This document shows positions 25,249 through 38,695 of a stretch of DNA of 64,000 bases, one piece after another. Origin of the DNA: Ptychodera flava (Eukaryota); NCBI RefSeq assembly GCF_041260155.1, contig NW_027248355.1, positions 2,388,078 through 2,452,077 of the forward strand, given 5' to 3'. The notes under the pieces are model-generated. The model worked only from the letters and a program-made list of their open reading frames with translations, was not told the DNA's origin and ran no database searches. Positions within the stretch are counted from its first letter, which is position 1. Each line of letters starts with the position of its first letter. The position numbers and the translations under genes were made by a program.

Positions 25249-25457
25249 ATATGAAACCATTATGACAAATATGCGTGCCTGTTCCTTGCTTGCTTTCTTG
25301 TGGTTATGGTCCTTGATTGTGAGCACCCTGCCGATGGTTGGCTGGCGTAAACCGGAAGCCGCCATATTAATGACGCCATTGACTGGAAGCTGCAGGTTCG
25401 GCCTCTTCTTCGTGGAAAGTTATGCAATCGCCATAAGTGTTAACTTTACTGTTGCAG
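25249..25457 (+). CDS. GPCR paralog C exon 2
   Basis: Acceptor atcgcag|AT at 25247-25248 and donor CAG|gtcagt at 25458-25459. The exon is 209 nt. Confidence 0.85.
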
Positions 25458-26122
25458 GTCAGTGATTCTGTTTGTTCGTCTGCTCTTTGTTTTAGCTTAT
25501 GAATATGGTAACTAGCCCTAAGTTGTCAGTTGGGCATGCGCCCGGATATGGCTCTAACACGAACTTTTGTAGATAACACAATAGAGTGGCAACATTTAGT
25601 ATAGCGAAAATTTATACTTGATAAAATATGGTGATATATGTTTTCTTATACTGTTCGTAACGCAAATGAGATATGAAACATTCAATCCGGCCAGCTACTC
25701 ATATGACTAACATTCAGTAATGTGGTTGATCACGTGAGGACTACAGATCTACACGCATTTGCATACGCCTTGACACTGTTTTTCAGACAAAGACTTTGAC
25801 ATTTGACATGAAAAAGATTGGATATACCATAACAAATTTATCATCATTGAGCTGGAAATTTTAATTTACTCCTTTCTAACCTTCTCTCATGGGAATATAC
25901 ATTGCCAATAATCCTTGATAAATAACAGTTAGAAAACAAACGATTGCATACGGACTTGCGCGGTTGAAGTGCAAGGTCATATAACACCTAATCTTATGTA
26001 ATCGGTGTAGCATTGGAAAACGTACGAGTTTGAAGGCAAGATTTACGATTAGACAGACAACCACGGCAATGAGCAATCGCAAAGAAATGTGCTGACCACC
26101 TTCATCCATGTCTATTTTCCAG

Positions 26123-26532
26123 TTGCTACCGTGTTCATACTCTACGGTTGTATATTCAAATATGCGCGGGAACAAACTCGCAAAATTCGTGCAACGGCTG
26201 TGACCCAGGAAACGTCCCAGAATCCGTCCAAAGCATCCAAGCTAAAGCAGAACATACGGGCGACAATTGTCCTGTTTGTGATAATGGGTTGCTATCTGCT
26301 GTGTATGATTCCGTCCAATACGGTGCTAGCCATAGAATTCGTCGGAGACGATGAGACGGCTAACAACTTGCCTTACTTCGTACGACGACTGGGCACGGTG
26401 ATGACGTTCTTAAACTCAGCTTTGAATCCCTTAATATATGGAAGTTTCAACCGACCATTAAGATTGGCGATCAAGTCCCGACTTCTGCTTATTTGCTGCA
26501 AGAAGAAACCAACGCAAGAACTCACTACATAA
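26123..26532 (+). CDS. GPCR paralog C exon 3 including stop. It carries a 9-nt in-frame insertion relative to A and B (…PYFVRRLGTVM…).
   Basis: Acceptor ttttccag|TT at 26121-26122. ORF 26089..26532 actually begins on GTG. The true exon start follows the AG. The exon is 410 nt, versus 401 in A and B. Confidence 0.8.
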
Positions 26533-26679
26533 TCATCGGATATTTTCCGGAATAGACAAAACGTAATGATTACATCATTGTATCCTTATATATTAATACA
26601 AAACACACTTATGGTAGAATACGGCTAGGACACAGATATTTTAACTCTCAAACAGTAACACTACTTTTGTCTACCCCGT

Positions 26680-26900
26680 CTAGGGACTCATTTTAAAGCT
26701 CAGGGCGAAAATTAAGTTTTGGCCGGCTTACTTCTGTGGAAATTAAAATTTTGATTTTTCCCCATAAAGTTAAGCGCGGGGATTTGTAGCTATTTTGAAG
26801 TCTAAATTTCGGTAAATATCGGGTAATTTGATTCTCTGGTACCAAATTCAGCACGAAGTCCAGGAATTTTATTTTGTTTTCTGAAAGGAAATGTTCTTCT
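26680..26900 (-). repeat. Family R copy, minus orientation, in the 3' flank of paralog C. Only a stub survives at the homologous A site 3360-3440.
   Basis: ttttgatttttccccataaagttaagcgcggggatttgtagctattttgaa matches 17690-17740 and 55960-56010. Confidence 0.5.
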
Positions 26901-29590
26901 TAGAGAAAGCTTAAAGCCCGCCGTGGACTTAATTATAAAATCTAGCAACATATTCATATAACGATTGCAATTTCAAAGGACAACAAAAGACAGGGACACC
27001 TCATTATCTCCTTAACACCATAGTTAATACAATCCCGATCCCGGGCCTTTTCGAAGTTTGGGGGCCAGGAACTTGATCCCCCGGGTAAGTTTGTCCTAGT
27101 CTGTAAGAGATCATGGAGGTGTCATAGCCTTTTATTTCCCATTGAAATTTTAATCTAGTGAGTAAATTTCCTGGCAAGACAATCTGACGCCTGAAACAGG
27201 CCTTTAAGTATTTTAATTTGGAGGGGGTTACAACATTAATGATATTTGCTGAATATACTGGTTCTGTTTTTCCTTTTGTCGTAATGTAAGATCGTCTGAA
27301 CCTTTAAAAAAACAGTTGTGCAACCAATATTAATTCTGTCAATCGGCAGATTTTCTAACATTCGTTGTTATGTAATGTTTTAATATTTCTGTATATGTAA
27401 GAAATAATACCCTAATGAAACATGGTAGGAACTATGATATTTCTGTCACAACATTGCTTACAAAATAAGAAAATGTTGACGTTGGCGTCATAAGCATGCG
27501 CAATATATAATAGCCTCACTGTCGAATATAGGGGCCCACGTGGCTTGAAGAGATCTTCAATTAGTGGCCTTTGAAAAATATTACAATTTGAATCGTTGAC
27601 GCCACGTACATCTGTGACGGAAATAACGTCTCTTTTCAAAACGACGAGGTTACGATTTTCGTGCCTCTCACATACCTGGTGGCTACGTAGGAAGGCTATT
27701 AGTACAACCCGACTATGAAATTGAAAGTTGTTACGTAACCTGAGTTGGCTTATGTTATACGCTGTCGTCAAGCATGCTTAGCTATAGAGAATGTTCCGTT
27801 TGTATGGCAGGGGGCGGACAATGTCAATAGGGGATATCAAAAATAGGGAATCTTCAAAGGAGATTATGAAAACAGCACAGAGGAGGTCAAATGGTTTTCA
27901 TAAAATATCAATCCTTTCAAAAATCTTAGTTTCAGTGTGCAAAAATGTTTTCTGGGAAATAACGTTGATTCTGAATACTACTTTAAAACTTGTTGAAATG
28001 TGTTCAAACTTCTTACAATTTTAGGGTACCGGTAGTTGTTAGAGTAGTTGTAAAGATTGGCAATGGGGTGATAATAAATGTTAAACGTTGGTCAAAAACA
28101 ACCAACACGTAAATCACATGCTTTCTATTTTTTGTTTATGAGACTCAACAAATGAGCGTTGGTTGGTTGTGGTGTTTAAAAGTCTTGCTTTTCTTTTCGA
28201 TGAAAAGAAATCGGCTCATTGAAAAGTGCTAGGTCATTTTCTATTATACCTTGCCCCCTATTATGGAGAAATACAAGCTTGTCCCTAAAAGAGTGTGGTA
28301 TTATACTACAGAATGTCAAGGGCAAAACTGTCTTCAGTTTTGCTAAGGAAACCATCTCACTATAATCGAAATAGGAGAAATCATCGTCCATGCTGCTGCC
28401 AAGAGATTACTACATTATGACTTTCAAACCTTTGTGATATCACAGGATGGCGTACTGTTGTATTAAAGCATTATCATCAAAAGTTTTGAAACAGTTTCAT
28501 TCACAAATGAAAAACTCTTCAACAATAATATGTGCACTGATCCCGGCAGGCGTATTCAAATGAATATCATGTCCATATGACAACAAAGAACTACATATTA
28601 TATACAGGATAACAGAATTTTTAGCTTAACGTTTCAATAGTTTGCGGCAGCTATAGATTAGTAAATTCAGAAACCGTCCATCAATTCAAGCTAAATAATT
28701 GAGAAGCTCGACTACAAACTGCTACGCATGCGTGATTTGAAGGGTTTGAAGTGAACTGGTGATTTGCCGGTGCCTACTGACCGGTCGATAACCTACAGCA
28801 ACTGAAGATGTTCCACTCGATTCCCGTCTTTTTGGGGATTTCCGTCCAACACAAAGCACATTGAAGTCATGTTCACTGGTTGCTTAGCAATAAGACACGC
28901 CTTCTGTAAGTAGGCAGAACTCAACACTGAATAAGGGTAGATGTGTTTGTGTGATTGGAATCAAGGATCAACTAATAATTTCGCACAAACGGTAAAGAAA
29001 TAGACTATTCTAATAAACTAATAATAATAATAATAATTTAATAATGTTTGTTGTTTATTCTACTCATTTACTATTTTGATCAGCTACACCGGTAGCCGCC
29101 TCAATTCTGTAAATACAAAATTGTGACCATATTTGACTGGATTATAAAAATAAATGTAGAATAAAATCTCACTGCGCGTACAACAGCAAGGTTCTGAAAT
29201 TCCGAGCAAATGGTCACCATTATCAAAAAATATTCGATAATAGTATCACTGAACTCAATGATGGCGCCACAGATCATCGCTAGCGTTCGTAGACTTTAAC
29301 CCGAACAGAAAATAACAAAGGTGACGGTTGTCTGATGGAAAAGTGATGATACACGAAATAACTAGGCCAGAATAGAACAGAATTGAAATAATGGATAAAA
29401 TTCTGCGTAAAATATCGACAGGCTAACACGACGGCCAAAGTTTTAGGGGAGGGAGGTCATGATTTTTGCGCGACTGTAAGTAGGCAAGTTGCGGCCAATA
29501 TAGTGCATTACCAGGAAATATAAAATCATAATACATGGAATTTCATTTGGTAAACTTTTAACAACGCCCCGACAGAACAAGCTATTTCTG

Positions 29591-29595
<5 letters not shown>

Positions 29596-29668
<73 letters not shown>
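29596..29668. repeat. (AT)n microsatellite
   Basis: Direct read. Confidence 0.95.
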
Positions 29669-29671
<3 letters not shown>

Positions 29672-31065
29672 AACGATGTAAACGTAATTCATTAGTATAG
29701 GATGTTACAAGTACGTACGTGTACATATGTTCTGTCTTTTTTGCAGATCAAACACAGTGATTTGATCTGTACATTGATAAAAGTTGCATATGTAAGATGG
29801 AGCAGAACCATGCCAGACCGGGAAAGGTAACAGCAACGGTTGTTCATTTCCTAATTGTTGGAGAATGCAGGAACTTGTTCCACATTCCTAAAGTTACAAT
29901 GACTACTCGTATTTGACCTTGTTGCCCGAAAATCAAGGACAAAACTAGAAACGCAAACCCAGGAGGCATGTAACGACAACATATTATACGTGGGCATGAG
30001 GACTACATTTCTACTAACGTGTCCAATTGGACATGAGCTCTGAAATGAGATGATCGACGGGCGGTTTTAAAGACATCACCAACAAGAAAAAAAAAGCACC
30101 ATAAAAATCGTTTTTATTTTACTGGCACCTGGGAATAATACTTCTGCAGTGATGAAACATAGAAATCAGTCACTTGAACCAGACTTGAAGAGGTTATCCA
30201 ACTGATGGGAGAACTCATATCAATATGCTGCTTCTTCAATGTTTCAAGTGACTCTAAAGAGTTGGATTAATGTTTTGACGTTAGGTTGCGTTTTTGGACT
30301 AGCAGCAAGTGGAGTTTGATAAGAACATATGTTTGCAAACAGGCGAGCTGCAGCAGTTTTTGACGGTTTGCCGCATATTTGACTGGGTAATCACGACAAA
30401 GGAGGTTGTTAGCTTCAGTTACTTTAGATATTACAAGAAGTAACTGTTTTGATGGATCTTCTATAAAGTGATTGTGAAGCATTTATGTGGCTTTGACTTA
30501 TCGGGTATGCATGCCATATAGGACAATTTATACACTGTAGTTGTGTCGTTGGCTATGTCTACTTTGTTGTTGAATAGAGTTCCAAAGTTTCTATAGTGGA
30601 TGTCGTTTAACTGATTGCAGGGTATTCGTGACAAAAGATTTCGAAAGATTTGTCTGTTATCAGAATGATCACGGGTCATAGGGACTTGCTTGCGTTCGCT
30701 GTTGACTTTGCCAAAGTTAATCCGATGGTGACAGCGTCCACAGATTAGTAGCTTACCCTTGCTTGCTTTAAATTTGCGAATTAGGCAACCAAAAGGATCA
30801 CGTAGTAGATGCAACACCGTGATAAAATTTTAGCATAAGATTGTCAAAAAGTCAAATACTTGACACTTTGAAGGGAAAAGGAAATCCTTACCAAACCGGT
30901 GCTAAGATAGTTTGCTAGAATAAATCTGTTCATGTTATATTTTAATTACTAGTAACAAGAAACCTCGGCTGTGACCAAGGCATCTATATACCGTCCAAAT
31001 CCCCGGGGGACGGACTTTTACGCAATGCCCTACGGTAGTATATATGTATGTATGTACCCGGGACA

Positions 31066-31234
<169 letters not shown>

Positions 31235-34194
31235 CAAAGCTTCGACAGATTTAAGTCTCATGCTCTCCTGCACAAGCGTATCACGTTTCCTGTTTCATTC
31301 TGTCCCTCGAGGTGCTTTACTAATGAACACGTCGAAAAGAATGACTTGGCGTATAATGGATTAGAAAATTATTTACATGAAGGATATGCAAGGTTAAAGG
31401 GAGGAAATAGAGTCGATACATTTTGCTCGAAGTAATATATTTCTGCATTCAATATTTTGGCTGTGGCCTTCTGCTGGCACAATAGAGAAGGAGAGTTTGA
31501 CTATTCTGTTTGCTTGCCATAATACAAAGCCTGAAGACATAAAAATTTTCCGCAGTTGTTAAAAGCAGTTCCGTTGTTGATTACGGCGTGATATTTTGAA
31601 CAAGCCGACGACATGGCGAATACGAGGTCAGAGTTCAACATTCATGGTTGTGTCAACTTTCACTTGCCGTTGTCCTAGGGCATTTGTTTGCGGCTTTGAT
31701 GGGGAGATAGTGAAGCGAGTGTGGGAACCTCGGCAAACGTAAACTTTCATGGTCCGTGAAACTCTTGACTCATATCTCTAATGCGCGGTAGTCAGGTGTT
31801 ACAACAGTATGTAGACTGACAAAATGTCAGAAATACAAACAGTCCAAGACATGAATTATATAACATCGTTAATTCTTAATCGTTCAACTAATAAAACTGA
31901 CCGCTGGTCCTCGTTGCTGCCGTTTTATGTAGTTTCTCTCATTTTTTAAAGAAATTAGATTACCACATGGGTTGTAGACTATGTACGTTTTAAATCGGTT
32001 AGTGAACGATACAAGGGTTCCTTCAGCTGTTGAGCAATGCAAACCCGGTTCTAAGATACAGTTGCAGCCAATCCAGTCAATTTTACAAAATCATCGCAAA
32101 AGATTTTTCGTAGAGTGAGATACTGATTTTACATATTTTGCCATTGGCCTTACTATTCGGAGGGGGGAAGTGAAGCTGCTCATAACAGCCCCTCAACTGG
32201 CATTTGCGGCAACTATGACCTCGCATCGAATCGCAATATCCAATGCCCTCCACTACCTTTGGTCTGCCCGCTCCCCACTCCCGACCAAAGTTCAAGTCCC
32301 TACTGCCCCTCTCCCCAACACTGAGACTGCTTAATCTGCCCATCAGTTCTATCAACGTCAACAGTCCCCCTCTACCTTGTTTTCAGTATTCACAGCAAGG
32401 ACTTTTGTCAGGTTTTTCTAGCGGTCGAACGCGTTACCTGTGAGTCGGCGCAGGAGGGAGTCAGTTTCTGCCGGAATCACCGACTTTGCATCCTTGCACA
32501 GTAACGGACTTTGTACACATTGACGTAAAGCAAATACAAACTGATTGACAGCCCTTGATCATTCTTGCCAATGAAATGAACTTCTGTTATTTGTAATGAT
32601 CCTCACGCTATAAGAAAACACTTTGACATCGAATACGTTACGCGGCAAATACAGTCAAGCTCATACGTCGACCGTGTTTTACAACTGACCGGTCGACCAT
32701 TGATTATTCTTTGAGAGCACAAGAGAAAAGTTGTTGAGAGTTATATTCAGGGAAAAGAGGTGTTCTTAAAAAATTCTGCCTATCAACTGGCAGCGGCAAA
32801 TCACTGGTGTACAAAGTCGCCACTCATGGTTTGGATTTTTAACGCTTTGCAAACTTAAGAGAACAGGCTAAAACTTAAACAATTAAAGTCTCCCCATTTA
32901 CTGCTCTGATGCAGGAGCAAGCCTCGATGTTAAATGAAATAGGAATGAATGCTGTGTACATGAACGACCAGGCAGTTGATATGCCCGGTGAAGGGGAAGG
33001 CCAGCCGCTTCATTAACGTTTCCGGTAATAAAAATAATAGTAATAATAATAATATAATAATAGTAATTAAGAATATTTATAATGCACCTAATCTCAAAAG
33101 GGAGCTCTAGGCGCAGGACAAAATACACAAGTCCCTAAAAAATGTGTCTTGAGGGCATGGCGGAATGGAAGATGTGAATCCTAATGGCGTAGGTTAACAA
33201 GCATTTCACATGCAACGTGAAATCGGTCTGATAGTTGCCAAAACACAGTCGAGGCAATATTTATTTACAAAAACCAATGCATCAAAACACTTCACACGTT
33301 TTGAGAAGTCGTGCTGACTTTGGTGGGGGTGATTGTACTCGACATTTTATCAACAACGCCACGTGAGTTTTATGTCCATCTGCAGAGGGGTCGAGAGGTA
33401 ACGCCTGCTAATAAGCAAAATACAATGATGTCATCTTATGAATAATATACCAGTAAATACAAACGTCATCTCATCAATGATTTATAGCAATTCAGACCGT
33501 GCAAGAAAACAAAATATGTGAGTTCCGGGTGAAAACTCCCCTGTAGCGAGTACAGCCCACTCACCGCGTTCACCCAACTCATACGTTCAACATGAAAACA
33601 GAACAAAAATCATGGCGTTCACCCCACTCACACATTCATGAATCAAAGACTTGAACCACGTATATCAACGAACGGGAAAGAGGGTTTGATGCGGCTAGTG
33701 CATATCTATGTTGGATGATAAATGAATCTATCCATTCTTGGTCTCATGCATACTATCACATGCACACAGAAAAAGATATAGAGAGACAGCATCCATAATA
33801 TTAAGAGGTTTTGTGAGTAACTTTAATTTTTCGCGTATCACTATAATGTACTTTAAATTTGATAAGTACCTAGAAACATGTCGATGTTTGTCTGGTCAAG
33901 TCAGATTCCTTTCTTGATAAATTGACTATTTAATTGCTAAAATACTCTCTGTGTAACAGGTAGGTGAAGTGGACGGCAAGATCTACAGAAACGGTCGATA
34001 AAATACATGTACAACAAATCTATGACTACCGGGTAAAGATTGTTTGAGAGAAACGTTAAAAGCAGTTAAAGTACGCCTTCATAGTAAAAAACTAGGGTAC
34101 CAAAATAAACTGCTGATTTTAAGCTTAAACTAACCATGATATCTTCTAACTTACATATGCACTGCGTAAGGACGCTTCAGATATGTGTATGTTT

Positions 34195-34383
34195 TTTTAT
34201 TTTTTATTTTAATATTACTCATCCAACAGGCGAAGGCCCGATTACAGGATGAGGTATCCACAACCCACTACCACATTGATCAATGAGGAGTAAAGTGCCT
34301 TGCCAGAGTCTCGAACTCACAATCCTCCGACAGTGAGTCCGGTACCCTAACCACTGCCCTACGGTGCCACGGTCTGCTGGTTT
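34195..34383 (-). mobile_element. tRNA-derived SINE on the minus strand with an A-rich tail at its 3' end (forward 34195-34225).
   Basis: Reverse complement reads GGCACCGTAGGGCAGTGGTTAGGGTACCGGACTCACTGTCGGAGGATTGTGAGTTCGAGACTCTGG. That gives an A-box (TAGGGCAGTGG) and a B-box (GAGTTCGAGACTC). Tail AAAATAAAAAATAAAAAAA. Confidence 0.6.
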
Positions 34384-34455
34384 AATGACATTTAGATAAC
34401 AATTTCAAGCCACGTTGTGCTCAACGACACATAACAATGTCGAGCCTCATTTTAG

Positions 34456-34608
34456 CATACATACATGCATACATACATACATACATACATACATACATAC
34501 ATACATACATACATACATACATACATACACATACATACATACATACATACATACATACATACATACATACATACATACATACATACATACATACATACAT
34601 ACATACAC
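34456..34608. repeat. (CATA)n microsatellite immediately adjacent to the SINE head
   Basis: Direct read. Confidence 0.95.
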
Positions 34609-34924
34609 GTATGTGTAAACAATATTTATGCATAGTTAGTGCAGTGCACGATCATGATTTCAGAAAAGTGAGACGAGAAAAGAAAACGTGATAACTCCAC
34701 CAACGGTGCTTTCGAATAGTTATTTCGTTTCACTTTTGATAACATACAAAAAACTTTCCAATGACTGCTGTTATAAATCCTATCCATCTATTGACGTCAT
34801 TTTCACAGTAGGAGTAGTTTGCAGCTTTGAAGCGTATAGTTCAGCTGTGTATAGGATATGGACAATAATCGTAGCATGAACCGAAAATTTAAGGCACGTG
34901 CAACGGCCGAAGTGACACTCTGCA

Positions 34925-35100
34925 TTTAAGGTAGTATGCGTCCAGAATATGAAAGTTTCGATTTTCGAAAAATTAAGATGGTAAAAAGTTTTCTCACACC
35001 AAGAGCTTTAAAATGAACCCCACAAGTAGAAGATCGGAACAGAATAGAGTCCGAATATCTGTCCCCGAGAAGCGTTATACCTTAAAGGTATACAGTCACC
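34925..35100 (+). repeat. Family R copy, internally deleted, plus orientation.
   Basis: ggtagtatgcgtcc...aaagtttcgattttcgaaaaattaagatgg...ccccacaagtagaagatcggaacagaat...atatctgtccccgagaagcg. Confidence 0.55.
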
Positions 35101-35264
35101 TCTAATCTAAATATGCCCATATATGGTCAAAGCGGCGTTCTTTGGTGATCGAATGCCCATGTGAGGGCGCTGTTTTTAAAAAGCGGCCACCCGCTTAAAA
35201 TCAGTGATTGGCTAGATTTTCTCTTTCCATGGTAACTGCGGCAAAATTGGAACAGGTGACAGTA

Positions 35265-35640
35265 TACCTTAGGGTAGTATGTGCCTCGAAAGTGAAAGGC
35301 TTGCTCAAACTTTCCTTAAGGAATCTTTCAACAATTCTCTTCCGAAATCAGGAATAGAAATCGGGGTCACCGTTCAAATTTTGGTACTGTAGAGACAAAT
35401 TACACAAGATTTTTTTTTACCGATATTTGAAATCCAACATGGCCGACATCCATGTGTAAACTCTATGGAGAAAAATAAAAGTTTCGATTTTCTGAAAAAC
35501 TAAGACGCTGATGTTTTCTTACACCAACAGCCTACAAATTAACCCCACAAGTAGTAGATCGGAGAAGAATTGTAAGAGTTTGAGAGTCCGTACATCTGTT
35601 CCCAAGGCGCATTCTTCCTTAAGAAATAACCTCAACACTT
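35265..35640 (+). repeat. Family R copy, near full length, plus orientation. It is preceded by a 120-bp repeat R3 at 35150-35270 that also occurs at 16305-16430.
   Basis: gggtagtatgtgcctcgaaagtgaaagg...ccgatatttgaaatccaacatggccgacatccatgtgtaaactctatggagaaaaat... Confidence 0.6.
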
Positions 35641-37845
35641 TGATTTCACTTTAGACAGAAGTCGTAGGTGCACTGTCTATTTTTATCATCTCCATATTAA
35701 GGGGTGATCGAGCCACTAAATTTTTTACCAACAATTTTCGTTATTTTATTAATTATATTATTGATTTTTGTTCGCTATTTTTCCGCTGAAAGTGTGCATA
35801 AGAATTTAAATTATCACTTCTCAGGCCTTCCAAAACAACAGTTAAAGCTGTTGCAAACTTAAAAGTAATGACCACGCCTTATCAATACTTTGTAGGATTA
35901 TTTAGATTTCCAATCCAACAATTTTGTTTATTTTCACATACATTATTGTTCAGATATTGCACATTATATGAATCAAATAAAAATATGGGGTCACGAGCCT
36001 ATTTACATGCTACATCGCTTAACATCACCCACTCCCCATATGTGAAATAAAAAAAATCACAATATGAAGAGAAATATGTCCTGTTCAAATTATTTTGTTG
36101 GTATTTTTAAATACTTTGTAAATATATCTACAAACATTTAAAACGTACAACTCAACGATAGTATAATTAATCATTCAATGATCACTGACCACGTCCACTT
36201 TCATGCCAAAAGCTCAGACAATATGTTGTATGAAGATAGGTTTCCATCAAAACCACGGTGTAATTTTAACAGTAAACACGGTCCCGTACAGTGGACGCTC
36301 GCGTCGTATAGTGCGCGTTCTAATGTTTGAAGCTATGATGAGGTAGCAAATGACTCGATCACCCTGAAGAACTTTCAGATATTTCATAAAGATTTTCAAT
36401 GATATAAAAGCGCCCTCTTTCGAAATTGGGAGGTGTTTTGACATGGGGATAAGTTTCCAGGATTTATGATGGTTCAAATTCGTCTTTGTTATTTTAAAAC
36501 ACCGGTACCGGTAACAATGCCTGATTGTAATATCATATACAATGACAGTACACGAAATTACCCGCTATTCCCTTTGATTTGAATCACTGAAGCTTACTTT
36601 CATATTTTTCTCAATCCTTCATATAAGCAATAATGTGAAGCTGTAGAATAATTGTTAAATAAGGTATAGTAAAAGTACGATTAGATATTTCAGTGAAAGT
36701 TTCCAAATTAGCATTAAACAACCACATTGTTCAGGTACTTCAAATGCTATACTTTTGGGCAGCAAGTTATTACGAAGTCAGGTTGAAGGGGTCAGGAAAC
36801 TTAGCACGCAAATTTATTTTGTCATTTCTATTGGAAAAAATCGATATCATTTCTTCAAACTTTTTAGAACTAGTCTGTGACTTTGTCTACACGTGAGAGA
36901 CATGGTAGACTTCACTGCGGAATATCCGAGGGTTCAAATCATAATGAATTCTGGGAAATCTACAGTACTGTGATATTATGACGATCAAATATTCTCGTAT
37001 CATGGTTTTGTTTTTAAGTGAGGACTTGCAAGTAGAAAAAAGACCATATCAAAATGTACAATGGACAGAGTTAGAAGATAGAGGCACATGCGGAATCCAT
37101 TAAGAAAAAAACAAGTTCCAATAATGTAGTAAAACATCGCAAAGGTCATCGATTCACGTTCCCCAAATTATTTAGAATTAAAAACATGATCCCAATTCCA
37201 GTCTTCAGGTTCGGTTCAAAGCCACTCCCAGTTTCAAAATAAATTTCCATGTATGATAAAAATCTCTCCCTTTTTTGCATAAGAGTTGTTCTGATTCTAT
37301 CAACAAAAGGTGCGACCATAATAGGAATTGGATGATAACTTAGGTAGATTGTTATGTCGCTTATTTGCAGAGTAATACCGCCCTCTGTCACCATTCCCAG
37401 TAGAGTGTAGAGACGCCCAGTTGATCAAGCAAGATGTACTATTTGGCTAGCTGTGTCAAAACCACTCAAAAACTGCACAAAATTTATATTTTATGATGAC
37501 AAACACTCCGTCAATTTCACTACAGAAAATCCAGATGTTTCGTAAATGTAGTCCAAGAGAAAAACTGAAATCATATAATTATCTGGAAAATCCGAGTCCA
37601 GACTGAGGATTCCTCCAGCCAGCGACAGACCGTCATGAATAACTTGCAGAGCCTTGGGTACTTTTTCAACGTCTCGAAATCTGTGGTAATTGTCCTTCGT
37701 GAGTAGCGTAGACCCTAGTTCGGAAAGATAAGGAAAAAGGATTATTACACTACAGTATGTATATAATGGTGTTGGTGAGAAATGAAGCCTTGGATTCTGA
37801 TTCGCCTATTTGAATCGATATAGTGTTATAACTTTCTTGAAAAAA

Positions 37846-38695
37846 AACCCAACCAACCAAACAGATAGTCTGGTTCCCTGACCCATTTCCCCGGTAGAGG
37901 GCGTGGGGAAATATAGGGTCAGGTACCGGCTAATGTAAACATGGACGCTATTGGGTTAAAATAAAACAAGCTGTGATTGGATGAGTAACACTTGTAACTT
38001 TTTCTCATCTTTCTTGGGTTTCGCACTTTCAGGCTCACTTGACACCAACTTCTTGTTTGTACCACAAAGCCGTGGAGGTAGAAAGAAAGACTTTCTACCT
38101 CCATGATTTAGCCACTGTGATTTAGCACACCTCTTTGGCTAATACTTTTAGAATGTCGACATGATGCCTGGCATTTTTCACGAAATTCGGACACCATTCT
38201 ATCCATCGAAATCAATCGTCCGTTCACAATTCCAACAAAGTTTGCTTTCAATTAGCTGTGATATCGCAGCAGTACTTGTGGCGTGTATCGAACGTGCTCG
38301 GGTCATTGGGGTCACGCCACAGTCGGCGATGACCTCAATGACCCTAGCGCGTTCGATACACGCAACAAGTACTGCTGCGATATCACAGCCAGCCTTCAAT
38401 CACCTCTATTTCCCCGTACTTCTGGATTAATCCTTTCAGTGTATGTTTCCTGTCTCGTGTGCCAATGTTTTTGGTTCGGATACCAGTGTTCGAACATAAT
38501 TCTGATCCAGTCGAATTTTGACCGGCGTTTTCATGGTAGTAGCCATATTTGTTGTAGCATGTTCTGTCAGGTGACTAACCTCCGCCATCTTGAACAAAAT
38601 TCTGTTCAAGATGGCTACCCGGTACCTGACCCTATATTTCCCCACGCCCTCTACCGGGGAAATGGGTCAGGGAACCAGACAACCAAACAGACAAA
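37846..38695. mobile_element. Non-autonomous DNA element of about 850 bp bounded by 58-bp terminal inverted repeats (ctggttccctgacccatttccccggtagagggcgtggggaaatatagggtcaggtacc).
   Basis: TIRs at 37861-37919 and 38621-38679 are near-perfect reverse complements. Flanks of aaccaaacagatag / aaccaaacagacaaac are possible target duplications. Confidence 0.65.
38243..38389. repeat. Internal 147-bp palindrome with arms of about 55 bp inside the TIR element. It generates the mirror-image ORFs 38161..38430(+) and 38199..38399(-).
   Basis: gctgtgatatcgcagcagtacttgtggcgtgtatcgaacgtgctcgggtcattgg ... reverse complement. Confidence 0.8.

Noticed and set aside
26089-26122. Apparent N-terminal extension MLTTFIHVYFP of the paralog C exon-3 ORF
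   Set aside because: The ORF starts on GTG because the track allows alternative starts. The stretch is polypyrimidine intron ending in the AG acceptor at 26121-26122, so it is not coding.
30267-30817. Minus-strand ORFs 30461..30817 and 30267..30482 (Cys/His-containing, …LICGRCHHRINFGK…)
   Set aside because: No recognisable domain or splice signals. Possibly a transposase relic, but the evidence is insufficient.
38161-38430. Mirror-image ORFs 38161..38430(+) and 38199..38399(-) encoding nearly the same peptide
   Set aside because: This is an artefact of the 147-bp palindrome inside the TIR element and is not coding.
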